Shown: in pieces, positions 15,001-26,489 of the stretch | How the letters are laid out: each line of letters begins with the position of its first letter | Position numbering within the stretch: position 1 is the stretch's first letter | NCBI GenBank assembly: GCA_977030845.1 | Contig: OZ365116.1 | Coordinates: 18,972,001 to 19,036,000, forward strand | Source of the DNA: Fimbriosthenelais zetlandica | Taxonomy: Eukaryota | Length of the DNA: 64,000 nucleotides | Reading direction: 5' to 3' | The notes under the pieces: model-generated | What the model was told of the DNA's origin: nothing | Databases searched by the model: none | The model's input: the letters and a program-made list of their open reading frames with translations, nothing else | Program-made: the position numbers and the translations under genes

Positions 15001-15748
15001 TGCTGAGTGGCCACTCTCCGTTCAGGCTTTTTGGCTTCTTTAACATCTTGTTTGGCAGGTTCCTCTTTGGCCTCCTTTTGTTCAGCTTGAAAAAGAAAAA
15101 AAAACTTAGAACCGTGGTATGGAAAAGGGAGTGATTTTTAGAGAAGGAAGGCCTGTCTACCATTACATCCCCACTTATAGGTCTATGCCTACATGACATT
15201 ATTACAACGGTAGGCCTACAATATGGTCATTCACAACCAGCACAAATTCGAAATAAATAGCTTCATATTATGGCTAGGCTTTTATGCAATAGATCAATAT
15301 GATCCGAAGCGCTGTCCCAAGATTCAGGGCCTCCCTACTCTAGCCTATTGGCAGGCTACCGGTAGGCTATAGGCCTAGGCCTATCAAATTTTTTTCGAGC
15401 AACCCGGGAGTTGCTCGGCACGTGTGCTTCGTTTAAAGATCACGTGTGCTCCACAAACCCACGGATATACCGGTAAAACGGGGATGTCAGCTCATTTCAA
15501 CATCATTAAACTGTTAAATATTCCTGAACACGCAAGATAACAAGCTAGGACATGAGTACCATTGATTCCAGATGAGTAAAAACACTTAAGAGTTCACAAT
15601 GAGTGGTAAACCATGTCTCCATACCTTTCTTTTCTATGAGTGGTGGAGCTACGTCTGTGTCTGGTTTGGGACTTGGTGTCTTGTTTGCCTCTTTCTCTCC
15701 TGGTATATCTTGGCCTTCTTGAGGCGGTACTGCCTCTGTACTCGCCAT
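1..15748 (-). CDS. DNAH5: Axonemal dynein heavy chain, outer-arm gamma type (DNAH5/DNAH8 family), multi-exon, 3' part runs off the left edge
   Basis: Phase-consistent GT-AG exons: 15748-15625 (MASTEAVPP), 15085-14994, 13944-13852, 11617-11585 ([11 protein letters not shown]), 11421-11359, 11096-11025, 8822-8739, and further exons down to position 1. Peptides match the recalled DNAH5/8 tail: [127 protein letters not shown]5 versus DNAH8 orthology is not resolved. Confidence 0.95.
10212..10236. promoter_or_regulatory. Intronic RFX X-box half-site plus forkhead site (CTATGGCAAC-G-GCAAACA)
   Basis: ttgactatggcaacggcaaacaaggc. Contains the X-box right half ATGGCAAC followed by RYAAACA, and is near-identical to the element at 16090. 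Confidence 0.45.
14553..14805. mobile_element. Probable degraded MITE-like non-autonomous element in a dynein intron
   Basis: GC-rich island with G/C tracts in an AT-rich intron. It starts CCAGGGGCGGATCCAG and ends CTAGATCTAC, an imperfect inverted copy of GCGGATCCAG (7 of 10 matching). Confidence 0.35.
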
Positions 15749-16085
15749 ACCTCTGTTTCAGTGCTATACAATCAGTGACATTAACTATTTCATGCAGTAT
15801 TAACTAGTTTGTGAAGCGTCTACCATACACCACGACCAGTAGTGGAGTGTGAGTAGCAACAGGTGCCCGTTCCATATATAGTCATCCCGAAGAAAATAGT
15901 CCCGCACTCAAAAGTTGTTTATAAAAGTTTTACATTATTAAATCACCTTAATATATCTAAATATAATATTACATCATAATATATTCAGTTAGACACAGTG
16001 ACAATAATTTATTATTGACATATTCCTTATTATTTACCAAAGGCGCATTGATTTACTGCAATTGTACTTCCGGTGTGGTTCGGTT

Positions 16086-16112
16086 CGCTCTATGACAACG
16101 GTAAACAAAGGC
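16086..16112. promoter_or_regulatory. Candidate motile-cilia promoter element: RFX X-box half-site plus forkhead (FOXJ1-type) site, with a nearby ETS motif
   Basis: ctctatgacaacggtaaacaaaggc lies about 340 bp upstream of the dynein ATG. ACTTCCGG occurs just to its left (about 16066-16073). Confidence 0.55.
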
Positions 16113-16601
16113 CTGTGATTTCCCGCTTAGCTTGGCTCAAAGCCTAAATCGGCTGCGTGCATGGCATGCGGTGGGCTAAGTTTTAACTACTAATCCGCTG
16201 TTTGGATTTTATTAGCTTGGTCATACACAAGATTAAATCTCCACTTATAATGTATTTCTACCCAGTATTTAATACCAGAAGGCTGTATATAATAGGCCTA
16301 ATCATCTAGGCATAGCATATCTAGGCCTAGCCTATAGGCTATGTACAGCAAGAGAACCTTTCCATCTAGGACTATTTACATTTTCCTTTTCGACTGCATT
16401 GTATTTAGTAGGCCTATACAAAAAGTTTAGTATGTAAAAAGAAGATGTAGGCTAATAGGCTATCCACCAAAACTCCTCATATTGTTTTTGGTAGGCCTAT
16501 AATTTATTATGGCTATTGGTGTAGCCTAATACATTGTTGATGTTGTCAACGATTCGGCCTAGCTGGAATGGTTATTGGCCTTCTATACCGGTACATAGAT
16601 C

Positions 16602-16889
16602 AATCATAGACCGTCCGTCAAGCGTATAACCGGAAGTCGCGCGTATAACGTTGTAGAAATGAGTCCTGGAAAACAGGAGCCAAGCAAAGAAATTTATTTA
16701 GCCCCCCGAACCCCTCCCCGACCCCCAACCCCATCAGTTTTGCCTATAGGCCTATGCCTAAATCATAGACCGTCCGTCAAGCGTATAACCGGAAGTCGCG
16801 CGTATAACGTTGTAGAAATGAGTCCTGGAAAACAGGAGCCAAGCAAAGAAATTTATTTAGCCCCCCGAACCCCTCCCCGACCCCCAACC
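16602..16889. repeat. Direct tandem duplication, period 159 bp, about 129 bp identical
   Basis: aatcatagaccgtccgtcaagcgtataaccggaagtcgcgcg...gacccccaacc starts at both 16602 and 16761. The spacer motif atcagttttgccta...tatgcctaaatcat recurs near 17845. Confidence 0.95.
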
Positions 16890-18006
16890 TCCACCCAAAC
16901 CATCATGTCTACCCCACACATCCACCCCAACTGCCTCTCCAAAATTCAGCCTGATTTTATGCGTCTAACCTGTCTAAATTCATTGAATTCAGCAAAAGTG
17001 TCCCCTCCATAGGCTCAATGTTAAAAGTCACTCACGATTACATGGATGTGTGCTACAGAGCCGGTTTCCCAGTCCACTCCAATCGGATTTTCTCTACTTA
17101 ATACATATCATTTTCACTCGAAACCACGGTTATGTATGACTAATGACCTTTATTGATAAATATCAAAAGAGTGGAGACGTAAAACGAGGATATCACCGAT
17201 TTGTGCAAAGTTGACAAATCAGCCGAGCGTATTCAGGCCTATAGTTTGGCCTTTTAAAAACCTTAAAAGCGCCCTCTCACTAAAAGTCGAAAAAGTTGAA
17301 TAACTCCGTAAATAATGGGTCTAAAATTACAATTCAAACGGATTATTCTTAGTTAGAAGACCCTCCGTATGTTTATGTGGTTTGTGTGCCAATAAAATTA
17401 ATTTAAAATTTCGGATTTTCAAAATGGACTGAATTCCTTCATATAACGTTGGAGTCAATGGAAGGAGGCGGTCTAGCGCCTGTGGCGACCCGAGATGTCC
17501 AAGCGGCAGAAACGTGTACTACTATGTGCCAGCCATCATTAGCCTCGCCTTCCAGCCGGGATAGTCTCTTGGGGCTCGGGCCGTAGCCGTAGGTCTAGGC
17601 CTAGGTGGATATCGGGCGTTGGATGGGGGGGGGCGGGGGGGGGGGGGGGCGGAGGGCGCTTATGGGGAGGGTAGTGAAGTGATTGCTGCATCTCAAACAA
17701 AATAAAAGAACAACGCCTAAAACCCGTAGACCTACGCCTACATCCTAAATGTATAGGATTTTACCTTGTAGCCTAAGCCTAGGCCTACTCAATGTCCAAC
17801 AAATAACCACCCCGGCCATCCCCCACCCCTACCTCCCCCTACCATTATCAGTTTTGCCTATATGCCTAAATCATCTACATAGGCCTACTGAACTCATTGA
17901 GAGAAAAGTCAATAGGATGATTCTGGCGTCTTTTATTTAGGCCATAACTCTTAGGCGAGAAGCACAAATAGGCTGATTGTATATTAAGCATAGGCCTACT
18001 AGTCTA

Positions 18007-19770
18007 TTTTTTTTTTTGGTTCAGTTTATTTATTGTGGCTTAATTTCAGCGAGATACACTGGTTTTAACATTAAACCACATTCCTTTAATTCAATATCTA
18101 TATGATTCTAAATATCTATTGATAATTAAACATAAGTGCAAGAAAAACACCAAAAAAAAACACCCCAAAAACAAATAGGAAACATCCAACATAAGTAAAT
18201 AAAGTGAGAAAATCAAGAAATTAACTGAGTTATGATGGCGAGGTTTGATATACTATAAGTGTTCGAATGCTATATGTTGTTTTAAATGAGAGACAATGTC
18301 AACTAGGAGCAGCTACACCAGACCGTGCTAGCATATCTTTTTTCTGTTTATACTTGAATGAATTGTAGTTATCTGTGAGACGTGTTTCGGTATCTAGATT
18401 ATTCCACATGGAACAACCTTTATAATATATATTGCTTTTGTACTGCTCACAGTTGGGTTTAACCATTCTAAAGAGTGGACCACGGTGGGCTCTTGTGTTA
18501 CTTTGTCTTAAGTCAAGCAAATGTTGGTTGTCAAGTTGTTTGTACATATAATTTAGAATATGGCCCTTTCTTCGTTCATTTAATAGGCTAGTTCTACAGA
18601 GTTGGTGTAGCTCTAGGGTACTATGTCTCTCATTCTGACCAACACACGTTCTAAGGCATAAGTTTTGTAGCTTTTGGAGTTTATCCAGAGTCTTTTTGTT
18701 ACCAGCATCGTAAAAAAATATCACCATAGTCGGTATGGGAAAGAATCATTGACTTGTAAATTTGGGTAGCTGCATTCCCGGTTAGATATTTGCGAGTTTT
18801 TGCTAATAAGTAAGATTTATAAGTGATATTTTGTTGCACCTTTTTAAGGTGACTTTCAAATGTTAGATTTTCATCCAAAGTTAATCCTAAGTATTTATAG
18901 TTAGCAACATAGTCTAGCTTTTTATTGTTCAAGCAGATATCAAACCTTTGTGTTTTTTTAGTTTTATGCTTAGACCCAAATAATACAAGTTTTGACTTCT
19001 TCTCATTTACCGTCAACTTATTGCTATTGCACCAAGTATTAAAATTTCTCAAGTCATTCTGGATTTTATCACATACATCTTTACCACTTTGCCCTGTGCT
19101 GACAATTACAGTATCATCTGCATATTGATAAATGGAGCAATTTTTTATAACTGAGGGCATGTCATTTACAAAGATAATGTACATTAGCGGTCCAAGAATG
19201 CTTCCTTGTGGGACACCATAGGTTACTAACATATTCTCTGAGGTTATTCCATTCGCAGTTATATGCTGTTTTCTGTCTTTAAGATAATTACTAACCCACC
19301 GACACGGTAGACCACGGATCCCCAGATGGCCTAGTTTGGCCAGGAGGAGCCCATGATCTACCGTGTCAAAAGCTTTCTTGAAATCAATGAATGCAGCCAA
19401 ACTTATCTCTTTTTGATTAATCCCAGTATAGATTGTATCAAGAAAGGATGCAATAGTATACGATGTCGAATAACCCTTCCTAAACCCCCCTTGTGTTGGG
19501 GTAAAAGCCTGATGGTCATCAAGAAAATCACAAATTCTGGAGTGAACAATTTTTTCCGCAAGTTTACCTATAATAGGCAGCAATGATATTGGCCTGTAGT
19601 TTGAGACATCCAGGGGTGAACCGTCCTTAAAAATTGGTATAACATTGGCAATTTTCCATGAATTTGGGACTTTCGCATGTTTGAAAGAGTTGTTGAATAA
19701 TAAAACAAGTTCTTCCAGCAGGTTTTCAAATGCTAATTTGAAAATCTTTGAAGATATACCAGTTATTATT
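18007..19770 (-). mobile_element. 5'-truncated non-LTR retrotransposon (CR1/L2/Crack/Daphne-like): RT domain and C-terminal region, no endonuclease
   Basis: Motifs WKIANVIPIFK, NYRPISLLP, QGGFRKGYST, FIDFKKAFDTVDH, GVPQGSILGP, YADDT, YKYLGLTLD, KLQKLQNLCLR and WNNL. One frameshift at the A7 run (18712-18718). The 3' end has AATAAA twice (18025-18034) and an A11 tail (18007-18017) on the minus strand. Confidence 0.92.
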
Positions 19771-19811
19771 AGGCCAACTCTTATTTCTGTACAAGATTTT
19801 ATTTTGTCATT

Positions 19812-22800
19812 TTATATTTGGCTTTCTAACTCTGGTAGAACGACTGCTTTCTTCTTTTTCTTGACGCTTGAGGCTATGAGAGTTTCCAGCATTTGTTCTA
19901 TCCTGTTCAATCGCGTTTCCAGTACAGTTTTCTCACGTTTGAGGGCGCTGAGGCAGCGGTCTACCTTCATCTCTAAATGTGAGATTTCTGATGCACTCTC
20001 GGCTTCCTGTAAAGTAAAAATCAAATATAATACGGGTATGTAAAATGATATACATCTTTTTGTTATATTGGAATCATAATATCTATAATATAACACAAAT
20101 ATATGTCTGTACTAAAATTGTAACTCACCAAATGTCTGGCACGTTCTATGATATCCTTCTTGTTGAGGATGGGACCATCTATAAGATTAGTAAGGAAGCT
20201 GACTACAGGATTACTGTGTTGGTTAGGAAAGATGGCGATACTCTGTACATTATACACCCACTTCCTGCGGAGTTTGGACGGTACAGACACTTCCATCGCT
20301 ATAGCAAGTGACAACTGAAAAATGATATTGAAAAATAATCATAAATCATAAAAATGTATCATCAAATAATTAAAATGGTCTAGTTTGGTGAGGGGAAGTA
20401 GAGTACCTGGATGGCCATCTTTCTGAGCTTGGCGTGAGACTGGAGTTCATTAACATCATCTATAGCGAGGCCTGTCATCAGGTTCACTACCACGATAGCC
20501 ATAACGATGAGAAAGATGATAAAGATAAAATATGTCACCCCTTTATAGGGCACTTCATCAGCAGGATCATCCGGGAAAAAGATATCATCAAAAGAGAATT
20601 CTCCTAACATCATGGACCAGGTTTTAGCCATAGCTATGGCCGGCTTATCAAAGGTTATCTGAAAATTAATGATATTAATTAAAGATGATTGCTATACCAT
20701 TTTATATTAACAGGTATTATCACTTGGCTTATGTTATTTCATATGAAGATGAAGACAAAATTACTTGATTTTCCAACAGGATGTAGAAGGTGAAACTAAA
20801 GGCAAGCAGGAAGAGGAAGAAGACGACGGCGAACTTGGAGAATGTTTTGAGGATGTCTTGTATCATCACTGTGTAGATCCCTACTCCAGGAATGCGACGC
20901 AAAAGCAACAAAAAGTTGATCCATATTGCGAAAACACAGAAGGCTCCAAGTTGCCACTGCCAGGGCTGAAAGTTTACATGATTTTGATAAGATTCAAAAT
21001 ATCAAAGATTCCAAGGTCAATGCTGATATGAAAATATCAAAATAGTCCATGTGGTAAGTAGTATATGGACAGTTACATTATTTTCGGTGTTAAAGTTTAT
21101 TACGTACCGTTTTGGCCCCACATAAAGTGAAGTCACACACCACGAGGAATGATGCTATGTATGTAAACCAGTCAAGGAGGTTAAATGGTTGTACGATGTA
21201 GAGTTTCCTCTCCAGGACCATTTGTACAATCTGAGAATATATCGAGAAAGTTATTATTCTAAAGGAACAATTTTTGCATACCTGATACTATAATTAAGAC
21301 TTTAAAATATTGTCAATAGACTTAATTCGTTCTGATGTTATCTAAAAAAAGAATTTGAACAAACCTCAGTCACAATACCTATGACAGCAAACACCATGAT
21401 CATGTATGTACTAGTTTTAGCAAAGTTTCCCTGGATGTTGTACTCACTGCTGTCTGTCTGATTATCAGGGCATGTTCCTCCCGGCCTGAAGGAAAGTCAA
21501 CTATCACTTAATGTCTGATAAAACTAAATAACATACGGATGAACTTTAAAAATCTATGTATGTATGGCTTTTTAATGCTAGGCTCTCTCTCTCAAGTGCA
21601 ATTTTTATGGTGAATTAGCTGGCTTACTTGTAGGGAGGTATGGAGACTACCATGAAAGCTGTAAATATAGCCAGAAAGAGGACATAGAAGGCAAGATAGG
21701 AGAAGTAGGTGGGTCGGGCAATATTCCATTTATACCGGGCCATGGCCAAAACCAGGGGGTGGATCAGCAACTCGTCTCGCTGGTGTTCTACCTGGAAATT
21801 TCAGAAATATCCTGCTATAAATATCTAAAAGTACTAAGATTATTGGTTTAAAATATATAATATAATTCAACACGTCGCACCATGATCATGAGGGGGTGGT
21901 TTTTGACGAGGTAAAGCAGATCATTTGTATAGGGAAACCAAGTGTAGGCCTCACTCCCTTCCACCATGCTGTCTGGAGACTTCTCTATATCATACAAGAA
22001 CATTATGGTTTATTAGAAAATTTAGATATAGTTCTGTATTTAAATGCTTAGGAATATATATCGAATAGTCGGGTAACACGATACATTACCAAAATAACAT
22101 GGGACAGACCTTGAGGTTTGGATAACTTTCGAACTGTAGATGGAGTGTACTGGAGGAAAGTGTCATCAAGGAAGGAAAAGTTAAACCTGTACCAGAAGTC
22201 TTTATCATTAGGGTGCACATCCTCAGGACTGCAGGTGATGCATTGATTCAGAACAGCCTGCGCAACGTCTGAAACAAAGGATTTTAAGCCGTTTGGATAG
22301 AACATCTATCGGAGGGGAAATATCGAAACCACTGTGTTCTAATATTCAGGATGGGACTAAGGACTGAATATTGGATTTTACCTGGCATATTTCTAATCAG
22401 TTTTCTCATGGGTGTTTCACGAAAACTTCCATATTCTTCCTGCTCGTGTAACAGACTTTGCCGCCATTTTGATGACTGAATGATAGCCAAAGCGGCATCC
22501 CTATGATAAAATACCAATGTAGAGTGAGACAATCTACCTTCATTGTACAGATTATAAGCCAGAATTGATTTGTTCATTTGCCAATCACCAAGCGACTTTA
22601 CAAGAAGGATAGTGACCAAGTTAGTGACCATCACCTCAGGGCCCTCTAGTGGACAGGAGTGGAACTATAGGTAAAGTGGCTAAGACATTTATACCGTTTT
22701 GGCTGCTTTGGGGGCACAAGGGATTAAAGAATAAGATTTACTTATGACCCTTGTCGATAGCCAAACTCAGACAATTTCGTCCCCTCTTGTCACGAGCTGT

Positions 22801-25800
22801 AACATCAGCTCCACGTTCAATCAGCACTGAGATAACATCGTCATGTCCATTCCGTGAGGCAAGGAGTAGAGGCGTGTCCTAACAAAATGCAATTGAAAGC
22901 ACTTCAGTTTTAGCAATAAATAAGAAAGAGAAATACAGAGGAAACGTAAAGTGGAAGAAATGAGAAATGAGCTTACCATATTGTCATCAGTGTCATTTGG
23001 AGAAACATCTTCATCAAGAAGAAACTTGGTCACATCTGAATGGCCGTGCATACAGGCAAAATCCATAGGTGTATCCAGCCGCACATTCCTGTAAAGACGC
23101 GGAATTCGTTGTTTAAAAACTATCGAATAATATAAAATGAATCAGAGATTTAAACACCTTGAGATATTCTCTTCACCTCATGTCTTTGTCTGCCCCTGCG
23201 CGCACTAGTTTCTCCACCACCGCTAGGTGTCCCCCGGCCGCCGCCAGATGCAGGGCAGAGTTAGAGTACTCATCCTGATCATTGAGTACTTTAACGGAGG
23301 CCTGGAGAAACACTTCCACCAACCTGAAACATATACAGATTCATAATAATATTATGGTCTAATTTCCCCTCTCCACATTTTGGAGAAGGGGTCCAAATAC
23401 TCAATTTTCCAAATACTCAAAGCAACATAAAAGTCTACTAGAATATATATACTCTGCGTCTCCAGCTTTTGCAGCCAGAAGGAAAGGAGATTCTTCATCG
23501 TCATTTTTCGCTGTAAGATCAGCGCCTCCATCAATTAACACCTGAAAGATGGAAAATAGTCTCACAAAACACAAATAATTTGAAAGTTAACTGCAAGACT
23601 GAGAACCCTAAGAAATTGGCAGGTACTCTTACTTTCGCTATTTCCACATAACTCATTTTTGCAGCAATGTGGAGAGGACTTTCTGCGTATTTATCAGCAT
23701 CATTCAGGAGAGAATAATCATCCAAATTCCTGAGGACTTGCATTATATCCTGGAACATATATTTAAAGGATATTATTCGGCAAATCCAATATTCCATTAT
23801 TATTGGAACAGATGAGAAATAATCTTTTAGAGAGCTGCGCATTTCTGAGAGACCTTTAGGATATCCAGGACATTGTTGGCGGCTGCCAGATGCACAATGT
23901 TTCTCTCTTCACTTTCCACTGCCTCGATATTACACCCAACTTCCAACAACAGATGGAAAATATCTTTATCTGGATAACATGCAGCAAGTAGAAGGGGCGT
24001 ATAGCCATCTCTATCCTTGTGTTCAGGAACCATTTTTCTTAAATTAATGATGAATAAAGAAGGATGAAATATGCAATATAACAGTTGAAATAGAGATCAT
24101 TGACCACTAACATATAGATTGTGCTGTTCTCTTAACTAACATAACTTACAGTTTAGGGAGGATGAACTTGACAGCTTCCAGGTTCTGATATTCTATGGCT
24201 TTGTGTAATGGGGTACACCCCTCATTGTCACGTGCTGTCAGCCTGGCATCATAACTGAGCAACAATTCCAGAATCTGAGGTGAAAAGGAAGGAGGGCTAT
24301 ATACATAATTAGTTTCAGCGAATCCTGTAACATTTTATTTAAAAAGAACTTAGTCTCCTGTTAAAATGTAACTAATTAAAAATCTTACAGCAGTGTCTCC
24401 TGTGATGGCTGCTAAATGCAATGGTGTACTGCCTGTTGAAGATAGTCGGCAGGGCATATTGACATTTGCACCTAGAATTTAATATAAATTTAATACAATA
24501 ATATGTCCATGAAACTGAAATTGACCTACATGTATACACATAATTACATAAAACACGGACTTTTATGAGACATGCGCCTGGAGAACCTTTTTAGTTATGA
24601 CGAACGTACCTCTTTTGAGGAGAATCCTGATCGCTGCAGTATTCCTGCCTTCTATAGCCAAGTGTAGAGCTGTGTTGTGATCTTTGTCCTTCAGGTTAAT
24701 TAACTGGAAAATGTAATGCAATTATTCATTAATATCCCATTCCTTCACTTCTGTCACTTTTCATTCCCACATTTTAGTTATATAAAGAGTGACTTACTTC
24801 CTCAATTTTATCTTTGGGGACGTTTTGTAGAAGCATTTTAATGATTTTAAGGTTGTTTTCGCCCATTGCTGCGAGGTGAAGGACAGTCCTTCTGCAGTTA
24901 TCTATGGCATTAATGTTAGCGCCATACTCCACCAATAGCATGGCTACCTCTAAATCATTATAAACTGCAGCTTCATGGAGAGGTGTGTAACCCAGAGAGT
25001 CTTTAGCCTGGGAAAATCAAATACAAAATTTAATAAAATCTGTAATATTATATTTCCAATCTTATCACCGATTACAAACTATCATAGGCTAATTAATGTA
25101 CCATGATCTTTTATAGATTATGATATTAACTCACGTTCACATGAACACCTTCACATTCTAATAGAGCTTTGGCAGCGATGTCATTACCTCTCATAGCAGC
25201 AAAATGTAGAGGCGTTGACAAATATCTGAAAGTTCAGATAAAAGATACAAATCGTTCCAAAGGGGGTTAGTCTTTGTATTTAAAATAGATTCAAGGGGAC
25301 ATAACAGCCTGTACCTGTCTCTAACGTTGACATCAGTGAGATAGGCTAACATAATAATCAATTCTGTCGTCTCCTTAATCTTGTTCTTTTCTTTCTTTCT
25401 TGCACATAGATGGAGTGGTGTGACTCCATCTTCATCCTTGACTCCTGCATCTGAATTAAGTGAGTAAAAAAATCTAATAATATTCCACAATATTGGCTCA
25501 TTTTTAAAACCATACAAAATTGTTTGGCCTGTGTATTATGGAGTTCACATGTATTAAGTTCAACTTACATGCTTTGCCTTCCTCAAGTAAAACTTTGGCC
25601 ACATCAAGAAGTTTATCTCTGGCAGCATAGTGAAGGGCACTCATACCATGCTGATCAAGGTCATTGACTGTCCTCATCAGAGCCCTGTCTGTGAGGGCCT
25701 TCCTCAACTCCTCTACCCCACCATTGGAGAATATCTATAGTCAAGAAAATAGCCATCATTGACCCTTTCAAATTAGAAATCAATATAATGTAAGCTAATA

Positions 25801-26489
25801 ATTATATCAATTCTATGAACCATGTTATAATGTCATATGGTTTCTTTATATTTGAGGGACCCTTTAATAGGGGAAATGTCACCTGATATAACGTTCCACC
25901 TTCAAACTCCTCGCTGTCATTTTCCCTCAAGTGTACAGAAGAATCTGCCACCTGGAATGTATCATTCATTTTCTCAGGTACTTGAAGTTATCCTAGTATT
26001 ACAACATAAAACACGATCACAAAGGCATATATATATCATAAAATCAGTATGACAACATGACCTACCTTGGCTGATTGCCTGCGTATTTTAAAGGTTGACA
26101 TATTGAAAGATTTTCCAGAAAGACAATAATCTAATAACTTTGTCGCTTTATACCTTGGCTGGAACCATTACATTAAGGAAGGATATAAATTTGTGGTTTG
26201 CCATGTTGCTAGGTAATACCATCATGCCAACCTTATCTCTAATATAACATGGCTGAAGTCCACCTACATAATAGTCTACTCAAGCATGTACTGTTGGCTC
26301 TCAAGTCGTTGAGTGTGTTCATGGAATTTAGTACATTCATCCAAGATTCACAAATTATCCATCGATATTTAAAACCTATAATATTATATGCATTCTCTTT
26401 ATGAATATATGAATGCAAATGAAGTTGAAACTCACCTGTTCTTCAGGGTACTGCATCATGGGAAGCGTTTCATATTCCATCCGGTCCAT
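19812..26489 (-). CDS. TRPA1: TRPA1-like ankyrin-repeat cation channel, about 20 or more exons
   Basis: About 16 ankyrin repeats (SALHYAA, TPLHLCA, TPLHFAAMRGN, TPLHEAA, TPLLLAAC, SPLHIAAK, TPLLLASRNGH). Pre-S1 region TPMRKLIRNMPDVA...LIHPLV...KW, pore SMMLGEF, S6 VVNLMTGLAIDDV, TRP-like helix AKLRKMAIQV, and a C-terminal coiled coil. The start exon 26489-26436 (MDRMEYE) is less certain. Last exon is 20006-19812. Confidence 0.92.

Noticed and set aside
16659-17012. 117-aa ORF with a repeated peptide MSPGKQEPSKEIYLAPRTPPRPPT
   Set aside because: The repeat follows from the 159-bp (53-codon) DNA duplication. There is no domain or splice support.
26066-26158. Two cag-CCAAG-gta motifs in TRPA1 intron 1 (5-nt and 13-nt pieces summing to 18 nt in frame)
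   Set aside because: The flanking exons already join in phase 0, the acceptors are weak, and the result needs both pieces to be included together.
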